Source: Eledone cirrhosa
Taxonomy: Eukaryota
NCBI GenBank assembly: GCA_964016885.1
Contig: OZ024745.1
Location: 73,656,001-73,720,000 of the forward strand
Direction of reading: 5' to 3'
Length of the DNA: 64,000 nucleotides
Shown: positions 25,431-38,400 of the stretch, one piece after another
Layout of the letters: the number at the start of each line of letters is the position of its first letter
How positions within the stretch are numbered: position 1 is the first letter of the stretch
The notes under the pieces: model-generated
The model's database searches: none
The model's input: only the letters and a program-made list of their open reading frames with translations
Told to the model about the DNA's origin: nothing
Position numbers and translations under genes: made by a program

Positions 25431-27504
25431 ATGGCTACGAACAAGAATTTGCATAGGTCACTCCCACTCATTCCGTCTTCTTCTTCCTCAATCATCACTA
25501 CAGCAGAGAGAAGATTGTCTCTCTCCCTCCCTTCTCTTTCGCAAGCGACGAAAGAAAAGAAAAGTCTCGTGCAAAGCGTGCAAGGTTTCTCCACGACGAC
25601 GACGACAACGACGAAACAGGTGTGCGGGAAATACGAAAACCCATTTCATTCGTCTGACGTCAGGAATAATAGCAGTAGCAGCCGTAATAACAACAGCAAC
25701 AGTGACAATGAAAACAACAGTAGCAGCCGCAACAGCATCACCAGCAGCATAAACAACAACAGCATTAGCAGCAGCAACACCAACAACAACCACAGCAACA
25801 GCGGCGGAGGCAGTAGTCGTAGTACCTGCAGCAACAACAAAAGTAACAGCAGCTCTGACGACAACAACAACAACAACAGCAGCAAAGAAAAACCAATCTC
25901 ATTTGCAGGTATTGCGAAAAACTTGGAAACAATCCTCATAACAAATGATGAATTAGAGGAAGCGAAGAAGATGGTGACAAAGAATGGACACCGAGCAATC
26001 TGCAAGGCAGCGGAAACATTTTTCGAAACCCAACAGCACTGTACGGTCACGTACCGTACAGTAAGTACAAAATCCCGTAGGGTGGAAAGAGCCACAGAGG
26101 CCCAAATACAAAAAGCCTTGGGGTCTGTGTGGCAGCGGAAAACGCACATCACCCGAGGCAAAAAATATTCCACCATAGACGTACTTTTTGCCACACCCCA
26201 GGAGGCAAAGGCCCAATCCGTAGTGACCCTAAGGAGCCAGGAAATGGTGTTGGTGCCCTCCTACTGCGGGCAAAAAATTGTGAGGGTCAAACTGACCCAC
26301 GTCCCCCCCCGGAATGGCCCCTTCTTGGCTGGCCGCGACTGTCCTCGTCGGAATCGAGGACAAAACAACTGTACTGCAAGTACAGAAAAAAGTAAGAGAA
26401 GATTGGGTCGGCACCTCCATTGAGATGCTAATCTAAACCAACCAGGAGTGCATCGAAGCTATCCCGGATGTGATAGACTTCGATAACAGCACTCAACTGC
26501 CCATAAGTGTTGAGGGCAAACGCCCGAAATGCTTTCGCTGTGGATCGAAGACTCACCTCAGGGCCTTCTGCAACGAGAAGACCCTGAGAAAGGAGAAAAC
26601 CCCCCTCCTTCCGAAACCGGCTCCACGGCTACCAGCAACAGGACAAGCGGCAACCAGGAACGATAGGTCCGTGGCACCCATACCCACGCCACGGAAATCA
26701 AAAACAGCAGCAGCAGTGGAAATATTGACAACAACAACAGCAATACCAAATGCAGCTGCAACAGAGACTCCAGTGCAAACATCACCAACAACAACAAGTG
26801 AAAGAGTGGAGCTGGTACCCCTCCCCGACCTCACAGAATCAGACATCGAGTGTGAGGTGGGAGAGGGATGGCAAAAGGTCGCAAGAAGGCACAAACGCAG
26901 AAGCAGCGCATCGTCGCCTTTGAAAAGGGAGGAAAGAAATTAGAAAAGGGTAAAGTCTACTGCAAAGAGACCCACAGCAGCAACACCACCAACACCATCA
27001 CCACCCACACTAGCACCACCATCACCACCGGCGACAACCCCACCGCCAACAACACCTTCAACACCACAAGCACCAACATCGCAAACACAACAACAAAACA
27101 CACACACCCAGCAACAACGACAAGAAAATAGCAGAACCACACCCCACCCCCAGAAAAACAAATGCACGGCAATAAACACACACAACAAGAAACTAATGAC
27201 TTACATAATTGAACACACAGACATTTCACAACAGGACTACATAATACCAGCACCAATCAAAACGCCAACTAACATAAGACTGCTAAAAATAGCACAGAAA
27301 CAATACACAAACATTAAAACGAAATTCCCCAACGCAGTTGGTGATTTCAGGGACCTAGGAGGAACCATCAATCGAAGAGTATATTCAGACATTCTCTTAG
27401 AAGAGCCGACGACCAGCCGAAGGGACGATTCAACGGTCCCTTCACCAGACGATCAAGTGAAAAGGGATGTAAAAACCATCCCTCCTCTACCAAAAGTACG
27501 GTAA
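25431..27504 (+). pseudogene. Tx1-type ORF1 (gag-like, zinc knuckle), disrupted
   Basis: CFRCGSKTHLRAFC (CX2CX4HX4C) and low-complexity N/S/T tracts; stops and frameshifts; colinear with 51599-53695. Confidence 0.8.
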
Positions 27505-27539
27505 GTGGTCTTTCCCATCTTTTCCACTCTATTTTAAAC

Positions 27540-29758
27540 ATGACCTCACTCAGAATAGGCAGCATAAATGCGCGTGGCTTGGGGTCGTCATGGAAGCAGG
27601 GTCACCTGCTCAACAACCTCAGGTCACTAAACATAGATGTAGTGGCCATCAGCGAGACCAGAATCTCCGAAGCACGGGCCTTCGCACCGATCTTCGGCGG
27701 CTACGATGTGTACGCATCTCCCAGCCGTCCTGGATCGGGTGGAGGAGTTGCTGTGCTTTTTCGGAGAGGTTTGGATCTCGCCATACGGGCCATCTTCCTG
27801 GACCCAGAGGGTAAGCTGGTGGTGCTGGATGTGACCAGCGGAGACGGGCAAGCTTTCAGGCTAGTGGCCGTCTATGCCCCGACAGGAGCAGGGCGGCCTG
27901 ATTTCTTCCGGCGTCTGGAGACCTTTCTTGGAACGTCCCGCTCTTTAGTGTTAGTGGGCGACTGGAACGGGATCTTAGATGCACGCTGGGACTGTGTGGG
28001 ATTAGCGGATAGGGGTGGAGGGTGCAAGAGCCTCACCAACCTGCTCAGGCGTTTTGAACTGTCTGACAGGTACCGATTGGATTTCCCGAATGTGCCAATG
28101 TGGACTTGGACAAACCGCATAGGGTCATCCAGATCATATCTAGATAGAGTATTTTGTAGGGAAATAGATAGGTCTAGCATAGGCTGTCCACAATTCAAGA
28201 TAGTCAGCTACACGGACCACAAATTCGTGACCTGTGTGCTTGACTTAGATAGGCTTCATAGACGAGGACCCGGCTACTGGAAGCTAAACGCGTCCTTACC
28301 AGCGCGCAAGGCCTACAGAGACCGGATTAGCGAACTAGTTAAGCGGGCGTTGACGGGGGCCATCGTCAACAACAAGTGGTGGTTTGCTCTGAAAAGAGCG
28401 ATTAGAATAGAATCGATTAGGTTTAGTAAGGCTTTAGCAATAGAGAAAAATAGAGCAGAGGGAGAACTAGTTAGAAAATTAGACGAGGCGCTTAGCAAAG
28501 GCATTGCGACCGACGTGCTTGCGGCGAAATTGGCCCTTGACCAATTCTTCAATGCAAAGCACGAAGGCTGCGTTGTCAGAGCTAGGGTGCGTGCTCTCAG
28601 ACACGAGGGGACGAAAGCCGTTCAATGGGCCCGAGTGGCGGAGGCGCGTCATGGCAACAAAGCCACGATCCGGTCTTTGGTAGACCACGACGGGCGCATG
28701 CTACTCGATCCCGGGCAAATGTGTGAAGCTTTTCAGCGACACTTCGCTCAGCTGTTCGGGGGCAGCGGGGGGCCGGGTAGAGGGATGGACTTTAGTGTCT
28801 ACCTCGACGGACTGCCGCGGCTCTCGGCCACTGAGGCGAGGTGTTGCGGTCCATCTGTTGTCAACACCCGCTACGTGGAGGGCTGGGCATGCCGTGGCTG
28901 ATGATGCGCAGGCAGGCGCTCAGGCTACGACATCTCCACCTCTTCCTCGACGGTGATCAGGTGTGGTCGCCGTTTGCTAGACGCGTTTTTCCCCAGCTCG
29001 TTTCCTTGACGGAGCTGCAGTCCTGGGTCAAGCGAAGACCGAGAGGGAGCGCCTGGAGACTGGAATGTCTTCAGGCGCTCACAGCCCTCGACCAATCGGG
29101 CAATGTGATCGGTGGAAACTCCACCTCGGCGTTCTATAGAGGATTAGTGGAGGGGAAGAGCGACGACGTACTTGGGGAAACTCTAGGCGTCGACGAAAAT
29201 CAACTAGCCAATCTCTTCGGAAGAACTTTCGGGCCAGGGCCTATGGACAACTTCCAGAAATCTCTGGCCTGGCAGTGCTACCGAGGAGCCTTGCCAGTTC
29301 GGGATAAACTCTACAGGCATGGAGGTGCCGTCAGCCGGGCATGTCCGAGATGCGCGCAGGGCGACGAAACCGTCCTGCACGCACTCGTCCAGTGTCCGAA
29401 AATTGCTGACTTGTGGGTTTATGTCGAACACCTGCTGTCGCGTTTAGGACGGATCCGGCTATCATCTGAGTCCATCGTGAGGATTGCCCCGCCCTCCTCC
29501 TTTAGCCGGGAAGGGCAGGCAGTTTTTATCTGCCTGGTGGCCATGGCGAAAGAGATAGTATGGTGGACACGTTTGAAAGGGCTGAAGACGAGTACTTACC
29601 TCTTCGGTGATGCTCTGATTGACTTTTTCAAATTTCATTTGAAAAGGAAAATCAGAGTAGAGAGGGAAGTGCTCTCTTCCCAGCATTTTGTTGAAAGATG
29701 GGTGAGAGAAGCAAGAATGGCCCGAGTGAATGGGCCTACTCTGAGTATATATCTGTAA
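27540..29758 (+). pseudogene. Tx1-type ORF2: APE endonuclease + C-terminal zinc finger, RT missing
   Basis: SINARGL, ISET, VYAP, VGDWN, SYLDR, TDH, GYWKLN; the sequence jumps at 28846-28848 to the post-RT region GGLGMP. Confidence 0.88.
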
Positions 29759-30121
29759 ATTAAAGGTGGAAAACTGGGAGAGGGCACTTGCCTTGGTGGT
29801 CAGGGTCATTGTGGCTTTTTACTGGGCTTTCCCCACAAATGTCCCTCCGAAGTCTCCCCCCTATTCGGGAATTTTTCATTGTTATTTTCATTGTTATTTT
29901 TGTTACATCCTCTGTTTTGGTTTTTTTACACGCAGAAATGCCCATTTGTACCGTCCTGCATTGTCCTGCACTGTCCTTAATGTCTACTTTATGTAAACCC
30001 TTGTGGTTAATAAAGAAATCATTATTATTATTATTGTTATTGTTATTCCTTGAATCTCAGTCATTGATGTTGGTTAACTGGAAAGTCCGTTGGATTGAAT
30101 ATCAAGCCACTACCTGCAGCC

Positions 30122-33100
30122 TCAGATATTCAGGACGTATCGGAGGGTTCTTGCCGTTCCAAGCAAGCATGCCTTTTGAAGCGTTCCAAAAAGCGTGAAG
30201 GGGCCGATTTTCTTTAACCATCCCTGGAAACCTTTGGAGATAGTCCCCAGTGCTCCTATGACAATCGGGATCACTTTGACTTCATGGCAGTTCCAAATCC
30301 TTTTCACCTCCCACTTTAGGTCCTGGTATCGGTTAATTTTCTCCCTCTCCTTCTCTTGCACTCTCGTGTCGAACGGGCAGGCCACATCCACAATCAGGCA
30401 CGATCTTTTTTCTTTGTCCACAACCACCAGGTCAGGTCTATTGTGTTCCAGTTTTTTGTCCGTCTGTATCCTAAAATCCCACAGCACCTTCACCTGACTG
30501 TTCTCCATCACCGCCTCTGGCCTATGCTCATACCATTTCTCAGAATGTGGTAGATTGTTTACTTTGCACAGGTGCCAGTGGATCACCCTGCCCATCACAT
30601 CGTGTCTCCAGCCCTTATAGTGGGTCTGGGCTAGGTGTTTACACTCGGACACAATGTGAGCCACAGTCTCCTCTCTCTCTCCACAGATCCTGCACAGTGG
30701 GCTAGCCTCCTCCTTGTAGATATGGTGCTTCAACCACTTCGTTTTGAGGGCCTGCTCCTGCGCAGCCATTAGCATTCCTTCTGTAGCCTTTTTGAGGTCT
30801 CCTCTTCTCAACCAGTTCCATGTCTGTGGATCTCTAAATTCAGTTTTCTCAAAGAAGGTACTATGAAGGGATTTTCCCTTAAGGCTGCTCTTCCTCCTTG
30901 ATGTTATTTCCTCCTTGGGTATCCCCTGGCCTACTGTCCCCTCCTTCAGTACAGCTCTGAGCATTGGCTCCTTACTATAGGTCACGTATTTGTATAGGTT
31001 GTTTTTCTCCATCTGAACACAGTCCTCTATGCTGATAAGACCTCTTCCACCCTCAGATCTCCTTAGGTAGAGTCTATCGACATCACTCCTCTTGTGGAAC
31101 ATGTTGTAGATAGTCAATAGCTTCCTAGTCTTCCTATCCATTTCTTTTTGTTCAGCAACATTCCATCTCAGGATTCCCGCACTGTACCTAATAATAGACA
31201 CAGCTCGGGAATTTACTGCGCTTATGGCATTTCTGCTGTTCAGATGTGACTTCAATACGCACCTTACTCTCCGAATGTATTCAGTTCTTAACAATTCCTT
31301 CATTTTTTTGTTCTTTATGCCATCAGCCTCCAGAACGCCCAAATACTTGTATCCTTCCTCAGAGTCAATTTCCTTTATCATCTCACCTGTTGGTATCTGG
31401 ATCCCGTTACTTCTGCTCAACCTACCCCTCCTCATCACAATGACTCCACATTTACCAATACCAAACTGCATACATATATCACTGCTGAAAATACGGACAG
31501 TGTCAACAAGCACATCCAACTCCTTCTCACTTTTCCCGAAGAGCTTAAGATCGTCCATGAAGAGGAGGTGATTGATGGTAAGCTCTCCCCTTCCCAACTT
31601 GTATCCTGCTCTCACTTTTCGCAGCATAATGGTCAAGGGCATCAGGGCAAGGACAAACAACAGAGGGGACAGGCTATCTCCCTGGAAGATACCTCTCTTG
31701 ATCTTCACGCTTCCCAAGGATACTCCAGTTGATGTCAACTCTGTCTCCCAGGACCCCATACTCCTGCCCAGCAACTGTCTGATGTTATCTGCCACCCTGA
31801 AGATCTCCAGGCTTTTGGTGATCCAGGAATGAGGCACCATGTCAAATGCCTTTCTGTAGTCTATCCATCCCATGGCAAGATCAGTGTGCCTCCTCCTGCA
31901 ATTCCCCATTACCATCTTATCAATAAGCAACTGGTCCTTTGTACCACGTGACTTCTTTCGGCATCCTTTCTGTTCGTCCGGCAACAAGTTGTTTGTGTGG
32001 AGGTGATGGTAGATTTCCTCAGACACAATGCTCGTCAACAGTTTCCACATTACGGGCAGACATGTGATAGGTCTATAGTTGGTGACATCATTACCCTTGA
32101 TTCGGTCTTTCATTATCAGAACTGTGGTACCTTTTGTCAACCACTCTGGCACCTCACCCGACACCAAGCAGTCATTGAACATGGCCGTCAGCTTCGGGTG
32201 GAGGGATGTTAAATGTTTAATCCAATACCCCTGCACACCATCTGGGCCTGGTGATTTCCAGTTGGTTAGTTTTTTGGCTTGCCCCTTAAGAGTTTCAACT
32301 GTGATACTCAAATCAGTCTGTTGCTGTGCCTGCTCACCGATCTCCCTCTGTACTGTCTCAATCCACCCCGCCTGGGCATTGTGTCTAACATCCTGCTCCC
32401 ATATTCCTCTCCAGAATGTTTTAGCTTGTTCCGCCCCAGGGATCAAGTCGTTGCCTCTTTCTTTCCCCTCAAGCTGTCCAAACAGCATCTTCTGGTTGTT
32501 GTCGAACATGCGGTTCTGTTTATACTGACTGACTCTGTTCTCGTATCGCCTGATTTTGGCACTCTTTGCTACAATGCGTTGCTTCAATTCCTCTATGATA
32601 ATATTTAGCTTTTTACTCCTAGTTTTGTATTTTATTTACAGTCTATTTTTAGTGCCTATGTTTTTTAGTGTCCCATTCAGTAGTGACTCAAGCTTTCCTA
32701 TGTCATTTCTCATTTCCCCGATTTGACCACTCAGTCGCTTCCTCCACCACGGCTCTGCTCTTTCTTGTCTGTTGTTTCCTCTCGCTTTTATACCAAGTAG
32801 TTTCCTCACCGTATTTGCTGTTGCTTTGAGGATATTGTTGCACTGGTGAAGACTCCTCGCCTCAAGGTATGGGATGACTTTGTTTACCTTAGCTGTTGTT
32901 TCTTTTAACTTTTTCCTGTCTACAAATCTTAGGTTCATAGGTCTCCCACTATCATTGTTCAACTCATCTACCACTAAATTTAGGATGTCAACCGAATCTT
33001 GTCCTAGCCCGTCAGCATTCATCCCCTCAGTGGCCGTATCTCTGTTCCAGGTATTATTTATCTCAGTATTCAGATCATTGTCTGCTTCGGGTGGTTCCTC

Positions 33101-33514
33101 CGTTCTCAGGACCTCCTCACCTTCATTTCCCGCCGGCTCGCTTGTCTGGCATACTACACCCGCCATCTCCAAGCCATTCTCTCTGCTCAGTTCCTCCAGT
33201 TCCAGCTCGCTTATCCACCCATTAGTTCTTATTACCCGAGCCTGCCCTGCCAATTTTTGTTCATCTAATTTAAATAAACCAATCTCGTTCCAGATGTTAT
33301 GCATCCGTCTCCTGTAGCCCCTCTCCTTGGGGTTACTTTTCAGGTAGCATTGCATAACAGTTCTATTCAATTCTTTCGTCCAGTTGGTTCTGGCCCCTTT
33401 CCTTCTTCTTCTTCCTCCAACATCAGCAGTATTTGGTTGACAGTCAGGTTCCTGCTGCTGAGCCAGGGGGCACCTGTTGGGTGAGAGTCTGTCACATGAC
33501 GTTCTAGTCTCCAT
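30122..33514 (-). pseudogene. RT + CCHC + restriction-like endonuclease ORF (~1130 codons) with one in-frame stop
   Basis: ORFs 32636-33514 and 30122-32587 are in the same frame; TAA at 32636-32638 is GAA in sister copies. Motifs KSPGPDG, YRPITC, DYRKAFD, QGDSLSP, FMDD, CRIC..H..C, RHD, PD..D. Confidence 0.93.
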
Positions 33515-34083
33515 TTCACCGTTATTCGAACTGTTTATGTTCGATATTTAAACACTCTTATCGAGGATTGGCGAATGTATGTTTACATAGCCATCTGTGG
33601 ATCCGCCATCCCACTTGGCCCTTGTGTGGCATTATCACCACGCTGTATACGGACACACATAAACAAACAAACACACGGGCAGAAAGGGCCCCAAAAATGA
33701 ATAAGCATAAGTTTCATTGTAATGTAGTATTCGAATGTCTGACTTAGTTTTTGTTTTTTAAGTTTTACTTTTTCCTCCCTCTTCTCTGTCCGTCCGCCTG
33801 CTTCTCTCTTCATTCTTATTTTCTTTACGTTTTTGGGGTTTCTTTTTTTGTTTTTGTTTTTCTCTGTTTTTCTCGTTTTTTACTGTTGTTGCTGTGCTGC
33901 TTTTGTTGTTTGTTTTTTCTTTTTTCTTTTGAGTCTATCTATATATTTTGATGCCTTCCTCTTTGTTAGTAGTAGGAATTCTATAATGTGGAAGTGGTAG
34001 CCAGCAGAGATTGGCGGCGTTGGCGATACTGAGACAGTGGTGGTGGTGATGTCGATACCGAGGCAGTGGTGGCGGTGATGCGA

Positions 34084-34730
34084 CCGTATTACTGTAGTGA
34101 TGGTGCTGTAGCGGTGGCAGCAGCAGTGAAGGAGTCAGGGGGTGGTGGCGGCGGTGATGGGATAGTGGTGGTAATGATGGCCGTAGTGAGCGGTGGCGGT
34201 GAAGGTGAAAATGCTGTTGTGTTTAGTGTACACAGATGATGGGGTGGGTGGTGTATCTAGTTTCTGATGTTGGTGAGTTTCGCTGTCCTATATAGTGTAG
34301 CCAGAGGAGAGGAGGGGGGGGGGGGTTCTTCTTCTTCCATTTATAGCCATTTTATTTTTTTTTTTTGGATATACAGTGTACAATATAAAGTTGAATATTT
34401 GAATATTTGAGCCGTATTACTGTAGTGATGGTGCTGTAGCGGTGGCAGCAGCAGTGAAGGAGTCAAGGGGTGGTGGCGGCGGTGATGGGATAGTGGTGGT
34501 AATGATGGCCGTAGTGAGCGGTGGCGGTGAAGGTGAAAATGCTGTTGTGTTTAGTGTACACAGATGATGGGGTGGGTGGTGTATCTAGTTTCTGGTGTTG
34601 GTGAGTTTAGCTGTCCTATATAGTGTAGCCAGGGGAGAGGAGGGGGGGGGTTCTTCTTCTTCCATTTATAGCCATTTTTTTTTGGATATACAGTGTACAA
34701 TACAAAGTTGAATATTTGAATATTTGAGCC
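34084..34730. repeat. Tandem duplication (~325 bp) inside the Dong leader
   Basis: CCGTATTACTGTAGTGATGG...GAATATTTGAGCC occurs twice head to tail with few differences. Confidence 0.9.
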
Positions 34731-34902
34731 TTATAACAATATATTTTGGGTCCGAATTTTTTTGGGGCTCAAGCCGGGTGCTTTACGTAGCATTTGTACT
34801 AAGAGTTGTTATTTCACAAATGATTTAAATATGTTAAAAATTCAAAACTTACGGGAGCGATTTCATGACCTCCGTCACCTCGTGCGTCTTCTTCCCTTAT
34901 TC

Positions 34903-34962
<60 letters not shown>

Positions 34963-35221
34963 GATATAACCCATACTTACATTTAAGTTCTATATATATA
35001 TATATATATATATATGAACACACACACACACACATATATATACCTCTAACAAAAAAACAAGGTATATATATATGTACACAAGATGCATATATTTCTATGA
35101 GTAATTTTCTCTTAGGGCACATCTGCAGAAGACTAAAGGCAACTGCTGACGCACTTAATTTTTCTTCCCCTGGCCATAACTAATGACCCACCAAGATATT
35201 GTATAAAACCTCCGAAAGAAG

Positions 35222-35256
<35 letters not shown>

Positions 35257-35258
<2 letters not shown>

Positions 35259-35444
35259 TGTTCCTACTTTTAGGCACAAGACCAGCAATTACCCAGTGCA
35301 TTACTGGTACTTTATTTTATCGACCCCGTAAGGATGAAAGGCAAAGTCAACCTCGGCGGGATTTGAACTCAGATCGTAAAGGGACGTAACTATGCTGGAA
35401 AGCATGGCGTCCGTCCCTCTACCGATACTGCCAATCCACCGCCC
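35257..35444 (-). mobile_element. SINE family S, full length
   Basis: Reverse complement of the 2061 element, with its tail in (AAT)n. Confidence 0.9.
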
Positions 35445-35445
35445 T

Positions 35446-38400
35446 TGGTGATGGTGCCACGCTAAAATCACCGGGGGTGATGAAATCAGCGATAGTTATG
35501 TAACCATACATTTACCAATCCTCGATATGAGTGCTTAAATGTCGAGCCTAAACAGTTCGAATAACGGTGAAGTGGAGACTGGAATCTCATGTGACAGACT
35601 CTTACCCAGCGGGTGTTCCCTGGCCCAGCAGCAGGGACCTGGATGTTGGAGGAAGAGGAATAAAAAAAAGGACCAGAACCAACTGGACGAAAGAATTGAA
35701 TAGAGCTGTTATGCAATGTTACCTGTAGAGTAACCCTAAGGAAAAAGGCTATAGGAAACGGATGCATAACATCTGGAACGAGATTGGTCTATTTTAATTA
35801 GATGAACAAAAACTGGCCGGGCAGGCTCGGGTAATAAGAACTAATGGGTGGATAAGCGAGCTGGAACTGGAGGAACTGAGCAGAGAGATTAGGTTGGAAA
35901 TGGAGAGTGGAGTATGCCAGGCAAACAAGCCAGTGGGAAATGAAGGTAAAGAGGTTCAGAGAACGGAGGAAGCATCCGAAGCAGACAATGATCTGAATGC
36001 TGAAATAAATAATACCTGGAACAAAGATACGGCCATTGAGGAAATGAATGCTGACGGGCTAGCACAAGATTTGGTTGATATCCTAAACTTAGTGGTAGAT
36101 GAAATCAACAATGATAGTGGGAAACCTATGAACCTAAGATTTGTAGACAGGAAAAAGTTAAAAGAAACAACAGCTAAGGTAAACAAAGTCATCCCATACC
36201 GTGAGGTGAGGAACCTTAACCAGTGGAACAATATCCTCAAAGCAACAGCAAATGCGGTGAGGAAACTACTTGGTATAAAAGCGAGAGGAAACAACAAACA
36301 AGAAAAATCAGAACCTTGGTGGAAGAAACGATTGAATGGTCAAATCAGGGAAATGAGAAATGACATTGGAAAGCTTGAGTCCCTACTGAATGGGAAACTA
36401 CAAAACATAGACACTAAAAATAGACTGGAAATAAAGTACAAAACTAGGAGGAAAAAGCTAAATATTATCATAGAGGAACTAAAACAACGCATTGTAGCAA
36501 AAATTAGGCGATACGAGAGCAGAGTCAGTCAGTATAGACAGAACCGCATGTTTGACAACAACCAGAAGATGTTGTTTGGACAGCTTGAAGGAAAAGAAAG
36601 AGGCAACGACTTGATCCCTAAGGCAGAACAAACTAAGACATTCTGGAGAGGAATATGGGAGCAGGATGTTAAATATAATGACCAGGCAGTGTGGATTGAG
36701 ACAGTACAAAAGGAGATTAGTGAACAGGCACACCAACAAACTGATTTGAGTATCACAGTTGAAACTCTTAAGGGGCAGGCCAGAAAACTAGCCAACTGGA
36801 AATCACCAGGCCCAGATGGTGTGCAGGGGTATTGGATTAAAAATATAACATCCCTCCAGCCGAAACTGACAACCATGTTCAATTACTGCTTGATATCAGG
36901 TGAGGTACCAGAGTGGTTGAAAAAAGGTACCACAGTTCTGGTAATGAAAGACCGAATCAAGGGTAATGATGTTACCAACTATAGACCTATCACATGTCTG
37001 TCCGTAATGTGGAAACTGTTGACAAGCATTATGTCTGAGGAAATCTACCATCACCTCCACACAAACAACTTGTTACCGGACGAACAGAAAGGATGCCAAA
37101 AGAAGTCCCGTGGTACAAAGGACCAGTTACTTATTGATAAGATGGTAATGAGGAATTGCAGGAGGAGACACACTGGTCTTGCCATGGGATGGATAGACTA
37201 CAAAAAGGCATTTGACATGGTACCTCATTCTTGGATAACCAAAAGCCTAGAGATCTTCAAGGTGGCAGATAACATCAGACAGTTGTTGAGTAAAAGTATG
37301 AAGTCCTGGAAAACAGAGTTAACATCGGGCGGAGAATCCTTGGGAGGCGTGAAGATCAAGAGAGGTATCTTCCAGGGAGATAGTTTGTCCCCTCTTTTGT
37401 TTGTCCTTGCTCTGATGCCCCTGACCAGTGTACTGCGAAAAGTGAGAGCAGGATACAAGTTGGGAAAGGGAGAGCTTACCATCAATCACCTCCTCTTCAT
37501 GGACGATCTTAAGCTCTTCGGAAAGAGTGAGAAGGAGTTGGATGTGCTTATTGACACTTCTTTTCAGCAATGATATATGTATGCAATTTGGTATTAGTAA
37601 GTGTGGAGTGCTTGTGATGAAGAGGGGGTAAATTGAGCAGAAGCAACGGAATCCAGGTACAAACAGGTGAGATGATAAAGGAAATTGATACTGAAGAAGG
37701 ATACAAATATTTAGGTGTTCTGGAGGCTGATGACATTAAGAACAAAACAATGAAGGAATTCATAAGATCGGAATACATTCGGAGAATAAGGAGCGTATTA
37801 AAGTCACATATGAACAGTAGGAATGCCATAAGTGCAGTAAATTCCCGAGCTGTGTCTATTATTAGGTACAGTGCGGGAATTCTGAGATGGAATGTTGCTG
37901 AACAAAAAGAAATGGATAGGAAGACTAGGAAGCTATTGATTATTTACAACATGCCCCACAAGAGGAATGATGTCGATAGACTCTACTTAAGGAGATCTGA
38001 AGGTGGAAGAGGTCATATCAGCATAGAGGACTGTGTTCAGAGGGAGAAAAACAACCTACACAAATACGTGACTGAGAGTAGGGAGCCAATGCTCAGAATT
38101 GTACTGAAGGAGAGAACAGTAGACCAGGAGATGTCCAAGGAGGGAATAACAACAAGGAGAAAGAGCAACCTTCATGAAAAATCTCTTCATAGTACCTTCT
38201 TTGAGAAAACTGAATTTAGAGATCCACAGACATGGAACTGGTTGAAAAGAGGAGACCTTAAAAAGGCTACAGAAGGAATGCTAATGGCTGCGCAAGAGCA
38301 GGCCCTCAAAACGAAGTGGCTGAAACACCATATTTACAAGGAGGAGGCTAGTCCACTGTGTAGGATCTGTGGAGAGAGAGAGGAGACTGTGGCTCACATT

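Larger units (their letters stand above)
25213..30020 (+). mobile_element. Tx1-type (L1-group) LINE T1, both ends intact, RT deleted
   Basis: ORF1 with a CCHC knuckle, ORF2 with APE and a C-terminal CPRC..H..C; ends AATAAAGAAATC then (ATT)n. The 5' end matches T3. Confidence 0.9.
30047..34897 (-). mobile_element. R4/Dong-type LINE family A, apparently full length with a long 5' leader
   Basis: Single ORF 33514-30122 plus a ~1.4-kb leader partly shared with 43770-44566; (TTA)n at both ends. Confidence 0.9.

Noticed and set aside
30195-33317. Antisense ORFs over the LINEs
   Set aside because: Shadows of the sense coding frame, with no independent motifs.
34270-34350. HDV-like ribozyme in the Dong leader (GCGAA/GCTAA after a CCTCCTC run, minus strand)
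   Set aside because: Could not form P1, P2 and P3 pairings.
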